Assembly (NCBI RefSeq): GCF_009914755.1
Contig: NC_060928.1
Length of the DNA: 64,000 nucleotides
Reading direction: 5' to 3' (one strand)
DNA from: the human T2T-CHM13v2.0 reference genome, Homo sapiens
The notes under the pieces were generated by a model. That model saw only the letters and a list, made by a program, of their open reading frames with translations. It was not told the origin of the DNA and did not search any database. The position numbers and the translations under genes are program-made. Positions 58,055 through 64,000 of this stretch are shown piece after piece; positions within the stretch are counted from its first letter, which is position 1; each line of letters starts with the position of its first letter.

Positions 58055-58310
58055 GAGGCACTGGTATAACTTGGTGGCTACAAGCACAGAAAATGGAGTC
58101 TGATGGTTTGGACAAAATGACTCTCCTACATTACAAGCTGTCTGGCTTGGAGAATTATTTAATCTCTCTCTGCCTCAATTTCTCATCTGTAACATGGAGA
58201 TAATAATTGTAAATACTCACTTGCATTTGTTGAGAAGAACAACTTAGTTAGTGTTTTTAAAGTATAATGCCTGATTCTTAGGGTATGCAATACATACTGT
58301 AATCAATATT
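58055..58310 (+). mobile_element. MIR
   Basis: TTATTTAATCTCTCTCTGCCTCAATTTCTCATCTGTAACATGGAGATAATAAT. Confidence 0.82.
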
Positions 58311-61300
58311 AGACAAGAGTATTGAAGTGGCTGACTGTGACTTTGGAGAATTCTTCTAGTTCCTTTCTTCCTCTATTTTCCTCCTGTGAATTTGGTGTCA
58401 AAGTACCTTGTCAATTGTTCGCATTGCAAAGACTGTCCTAGCATAAAAGAATACATTATACAATTTTAGTATAAAATAACTTATGTCCAGTTTTAATTGT
58501 TGAATTTTTCTGAAAGTGCTATGCAATATTTTCACACAGTTTCTAGAAGATATGGTTTTATGGTTTTTTTTTTTTTTAAATATGTGGATGCTCTCTAAGG
58601 CAATTGTCTAAATAGTTTTCCAAATTCTGGAAAAGAAGGAGCAAGAATATATGCTAATGGAAATTACTTGGAGAAACCTGAGTAAATCTAGTAATTGTGT
58701 GCCGTATGTGGTAAGAAAATTAGATAGTGCACTTAAAATGATTCAATAATTAAATATGTATTTATTAAATCATTTGTAGTAGCTTTAGTATATGACCTCA
58801 GGATTCAAAGACAACCATGTTGTGATTACCCTTGAAGCTTCATTGAAAAGTGAATTACAGAATCAGCTTTCTTTTCTTTTACTGCCTGAACATGCTTTAC
58901 CCTGAAATCTCATTGTAAAATAAACCTTCCTGTTACAACTATTGCACACCACTTAATCGCTGCAGCATGACATGGGGTAGGAGTTGCAAGAAGGGAGGGG
59001 AGAATGTCATGAAAAGTCGACAATAAACAGAAACAGTCAGAAAATTACTTCTGGGAGATGGCAGATGATGAGATATTAAGACAGAAGGCAGACACTCTGC
59101 ACAGCAGCTGGAGAGGAGAAAAGGTGCATTAGTCAAATGAATTATGAAAAAAAAATGAAATCAAGTTCCAGAGAGGTGCCAACATTTTCTTCATGCTATT
59201 GAGTATTTTCACTTTCTGAGATATATTCATTAGTTGCAATTTTGGTCAGTTTATTACTTGGACAAAAACAATTTGGATTATAGCTTTTGGGGAAAAATAT
59301 ACTATTTAAGTGATTAACTTAAGAATGATATGATGGTTCGTAAAAATAGACTTATTTTAACTTAGTTAACTTGAATAACTTACTTTTAAAAGTCATTCTC
59401 ACAGATCATATCCAAAATGTTTGTTTTTCAATTCATGAATTAATCCTCAGGATGAATGTTATTACTTTGTTAAGTTAGATTTTCTGGGCAATATGGTGAA
59501 AATATAAGTAATACAAAAATTTTAAATGAATATTAGTGTTTCTTTCTCTTCCTGTATTTCTCTTGTTAATTTACAGGGTTTCCTCTTAAAAAAAATAGCA
59601 GCTGTAAACTATCCTTTGAAGATCTAATGCAACCTCTTTGTCCTATTTTCTAAAACCAAATGGACAGCATTGTATTATTCTAACTCCTATACCCACAGAT
59701 TGCCTGCCATGTTTTTTTGTCCATTCTTCTCTTTATTTTCTGCAGTTTAGTAAAGTTTGTTTTAAAAGAAATCCCTTCAAAAAGTAATTTAAAGGAGAAA
59801 GTTCCCCTTAAGCTAACATAGTTCTTATTTCTTCTATTTTCAACTTCAGTTCTTTTTTTTCCACTGTGTTCTCAAATTTGCAGAGTTATGTAATTTTAGA
59901 TAAGTCCCCTGGCTGTTACCTACTACTGCCACACTGTATGTCCCATCACATAATATACAAAGTCACTTCATTCCTGTGAAACCGTTCAGCCAATTCAGGG
60001 TGCTTTCATAATCAGGATAAAGAGAAATTTGGAAAATTATTGACACATAAGTGAAAGGCATTGAGAATGAATCCAATTTTCTATAACACTTGGTCTGCGT
60101 AATTAAAATGTAAAATAATATTAACATGGAAATATTGTGTAATGTTTTATTTATTGTAAATGTAAAATGGCAGATCAGCTTTACTCATGTGATAAATTGT
60201 CAAACATATGAGATTAGCAGGACAGTATTTCTTTTAGGTTGTTTCCACTTGCTTCCACTTTTTGGCATTGGAAAAATCTCACTCGTATTAGTGGAAATAG
60301 GGAAACAGCTGTTTAGAATGTCAGTAGAGAGTTTTATTTTTACTGAAAGCAAGTGCAGTAACATTTATATTAAGAATGAAGGTGTGCATACATTCACATA
60401 CACACAGAGACGCATTATATATTTTTGTTAAAGAAAACACAAAATCTACACAGTACCGGCCAAGAGTCATAGCAGAGACTACCAACACTGTGGTAGCAAG
60501 TTCTGATGACTTCTAATGGGGCAAAATTCCAGTCACTAAAATTGAATATATTCTGTGACTTAGATATGTCATTAATTTTCAACTGTTTTTTTGTTATCAG
60601 ATGTATTTTTTATATATCTATATATATTCATCATCTCTATCCTTGGTCTACACAGCAAGAATGTAGGGGATATTTTCAGGAAATTTATTTTGGGCTGACT
60701 TCTCCCAATAACTAGCCATAAGATATTCTCTGTACTAAAACAAACCCCACCTTTAGTTGGGCCCAAAGCATACTGTTGAGGGTGATAAAGATGGAGCTCA
60801 ATAGTTGATATTCATTGACTGCTGAGGTAAAGATGAATTTTCTAGTAAAACTCCAGAAAGCAATTCTTAGGAGGTAAAACTTTTTATTGACATAGGGCCA
60901 AAGGTGAATATTTTGGGGAGCTTAGATAAAACTGGCTTTGCCATTTTTGAATTATATGCTAGAAAGGAAGAGGGAGGAAATGTGTTCCCTACTGAATCAT
61001 AAGATTTCAACAGTTTTTTATGCCTGCAAAATTCAAAAATGCCTTGTGGGTATAAACCTCAAACTTGGAATACTGTCCTTCTTATTGTATTGAGAAAAAT
61101 GTATTGAGAGCAAAAGCAATCCACATTCACATTTATAAAGCTGGGAGGGTTTTGCAATTCATGTCTGGATGAGCACCATATAAGCATTTTTTCCTGGCTT
61201 CTCAAACCAACCACTCTATTATGGAACTTTATTAAGAGCTAGAAACTTAATGAAAATCAAAGGTTTAAATATGAGTAACATATTTTAAATAAACCATCAT

Positions 61301-63708
61301 TTATCTAGGCCTGAGGCAGTTATTAATTTACTTGCTTGTTTTTTGCTTTCTGTAAATCTTTGCCTTTCCCTCCTTAGCTTTAGAGAAAATAGGTAAATTA
61401 AGGCAATGTTTTACTTAAGGATTGTAACAGATCTAAAAAAATTGGAAAAGGTAAGATTATATGAGATATATCAATAAGAATCAACTTTAACTTCATTTGA
61501 ATATCTCTACTGAGTTGATGCCATGAGTTAGAAGTCAAAATTACCTTTGTAGTACTCTACCTCAAAGCTCCTGCTTGTATATTAAAAATATATTTGCATT
61601 TCACCTAACACTAAAGCAATATTCTTAAGCACTTTGGAAGATAATTTGACCATCTAATAACTTGCCTAATTTTCAACTCTTGTCACATGCTTTAAATAGG
61701 TGTAATAGTTTCAAAAACAAGGCAGGTAGGAGCATGTTTAACCAGACCTCCACCTACAGCAAATAATAAGAATAAGAAGAAAAAAGGTCGCAAAAATAAT
61801 ACAATGATTTTAAGCCTCATTTTTTCTCAGTCATATTTTAAAAAATAAAAAGATGAGCATGATAATTGCAGCCTTTAGAGCAATTTTGTAAACAACACAT
61901 TATAAGTACTGGATAGAAAATAAATGCCAGCCTCCTTCTTTCCCCCGATAAATCTGTTGAAATATTTTTTCCCCTATATCACAATAGCAGACTTCTTTCT
62001 TGGACCTGCATGAAAAATCAAGCCCATCATTTTTCTGTGGGTTTCTATAATATGTATAAGATCCCTCAATTAACCATTGTGATCAAAATAAGTCAAGGTA
62101 AATAGCAGACAGTAGGTTCTATAGACAAGGGCAACCACAAGGTTACAGTTTTGTAGCAGGTGTGGAATATATAGATAGATCATTCATAAAAGAAATTAAA
62201 TTGGAAGATAACAGATACATTAAGCTATTTTATAAGAAGATATTAAAGTACTGTGCCGCTGTAAGAAAGTACATCAAATTGCTTTTTTATTCAGTATGTC
62301 AGTTGAAATACGGTCACTATTCTTGGAACTTGTTCTCTTTGTAAAATTCAACATGGATCTTTTATTCCTGATATTTGGCTCCTTTCCAGGCATGTGTCTA
62401 GTGAAGTATCTTGAATTACAAGCTAATAATGGATACTTGTAATAGATTTCTAGCTTTTAGAACCATTTCTTTCCGACCTTCTCTTTTCTATTCTTCTTTT
62501 CTCTCTTCTTTGCAGATAAGACATGTTCTAATGTTTGCATACATTTAAAATGAGGAACTTTACAACATGCTGATGTGGGACCCATAGAATGAAAATCACA
62601 GAAAAGGCTGGGGTATATATGAATTGTCTGAATTGTTTTTAATAAATAATAAAGTACAATTTCATCAACTCTCAACTTTAAGGTAATTACCTATCTAATC
62701 ACTACCATAGTTCAAAACTGTAAACACATTTATTTATTTAAAATTAATGTTTGGGGCTATACTAAAGGAAATTGACAAATTACATATGGAAAAACTGTAA
62801 TATATTTTCTTTTTTTAATACAGCATTCCTATACCATAATTATTTTTTAAGGTCTACTTTTCTAATAATACTGTCACTTAAATCAACAAAAACAAATGAT
62901 TATTTTTAGTGTAGCATTCTTGCCTTTTAGTTAAATATTTTAATTATATAAGCATTTGCTAAAAAATTACATACCCTATATTTTATTCAGGCATCAAATG
63001 AATTAGGAAAATTTTAGTCAGCACCAAATCTTCTTAGAAACAGTATAGTTTGAAAAACCTCAATAATTTCTTTTGAAAGTTTTGACAATAAGTGGATTTA
63101 AAGCTGGCAAACATAGTTTCTTGCAAGAAAAAAGCTACATCCATCTCTCGGGTTTGATTTCCTTTTGGCCATGTGGAAAATACAAAAGAAATAAAAATCG
63201 GTCAGTACACCGAAACAAACCAACAAACAACAAAACAAAAAGACAAACTTCCTTTCAAGGTTATATAAATAATATTCGTTTTATTTTTCTAATTTATTTG
63301 TCATGTTGGTTTATTATTGCTGAATTTATCCTCTGACTACTAAATATAGAAGATGTCTCAATTTTCATTACAAACTGCCCCCTTCTAGAAAAGCAAAACA
63401 GCAACACTCACAGAATACTTGTCTAAACTTAAGGTTTGATGCTTTTAGAGAGTCTTGTTATTTACTAGGCATTGGGTACAAGGTACTCAATACATTTTGT
63501 ACCAATGAGGCATAAAAATCTACATTTTATTTGGTAAATGTATTTGATATATAACTTCAGATAAGATCTCTCTATAGAAGAAAAAAATTAACACTTGCAT
63601 TAATCTTGCCAGAAAAGTTATTTCTACTAAAATAGTAAAAATAAGAAATTATCTTACTAGAAAACAGAGATTTCTTTCCAACTTTTTTATTCAATTGAAA
63701 GCAGATGT

Positions 63709-64000
63709 CCAGGCTCACACCTGTAATCCCAGCACTTTAGGAAGCCTAGGCAGGAGAATTGCTTGAGGCCAGGAGTTCAAGACCAGCCTGGGCAACAAAG
63801 CGAGAGATGGTCTCCACAAAAAATAAAATGAAATCAATAAGCCAGGCATAGTGGCATGTGGCTGTGGTCCCAGATACTCTAGAGACTGAGGCAGGAGAAT
63901 CCTTTGAGTTCAGGAGTTTGAGGCTGTAGTGAGCTATGAAATGATCTCACCACTGTGCCCAAGCCTGGGCAACAAAGTGAGAGATGGTCTCTACAAAATA
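63709..64000 (+). mobile_element. AluJ-like, runs to the window edge
   Basis: TTGAGGCCAGGAGTTCAAGACCAGCCTGGGCAAC and GAGGCTGTAGTGAGCTATGA. Confidence 0.92.

Overview
AT-rich, CpG-poor primate (human-like) genomic DNA that reads as the interior of one very long intron. None of the supplied six-frame ORFs looks like a real gene; they come from Alus, microsatellites or random AT-rich sequence. Two short + strand segments have splice signals and a shared phase: a 96-nt exon at 1099-1194 (phase-1 reading GVAAITTFPFLPFPHGKTHGRRVLLRPLH*, stop 7 nt before the donor) and a 27-nt frame-preserving microexon at 40516-40542 (GAAPFQGTA) with neural-microexon-like upstream motifs. From memory, not from a search, the first peptide matches an alternative C-terminal tail of protocadherin-7, so the window is tentatively placed in the large 3' intronic region of PCDH7. 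The rest is about 20 Alu elements (many with TSDs, several structurally odd), many MIR/L2 relics, hAT and Tigger MITEs, one MLT1 solo LTR, one short L1MA 3' end, microsatellites and one motif-dense, CpG-retaining enhancer candidate near 55.1-55.3 kb. Repeat subfamilies were assigned by eye and old-repeat boundaries are approximate. I see no support for a wholly new biological system; the best lead is combinatorial splicing of small phase-1 cassette exons that would remodel a cytoplasmic tail.
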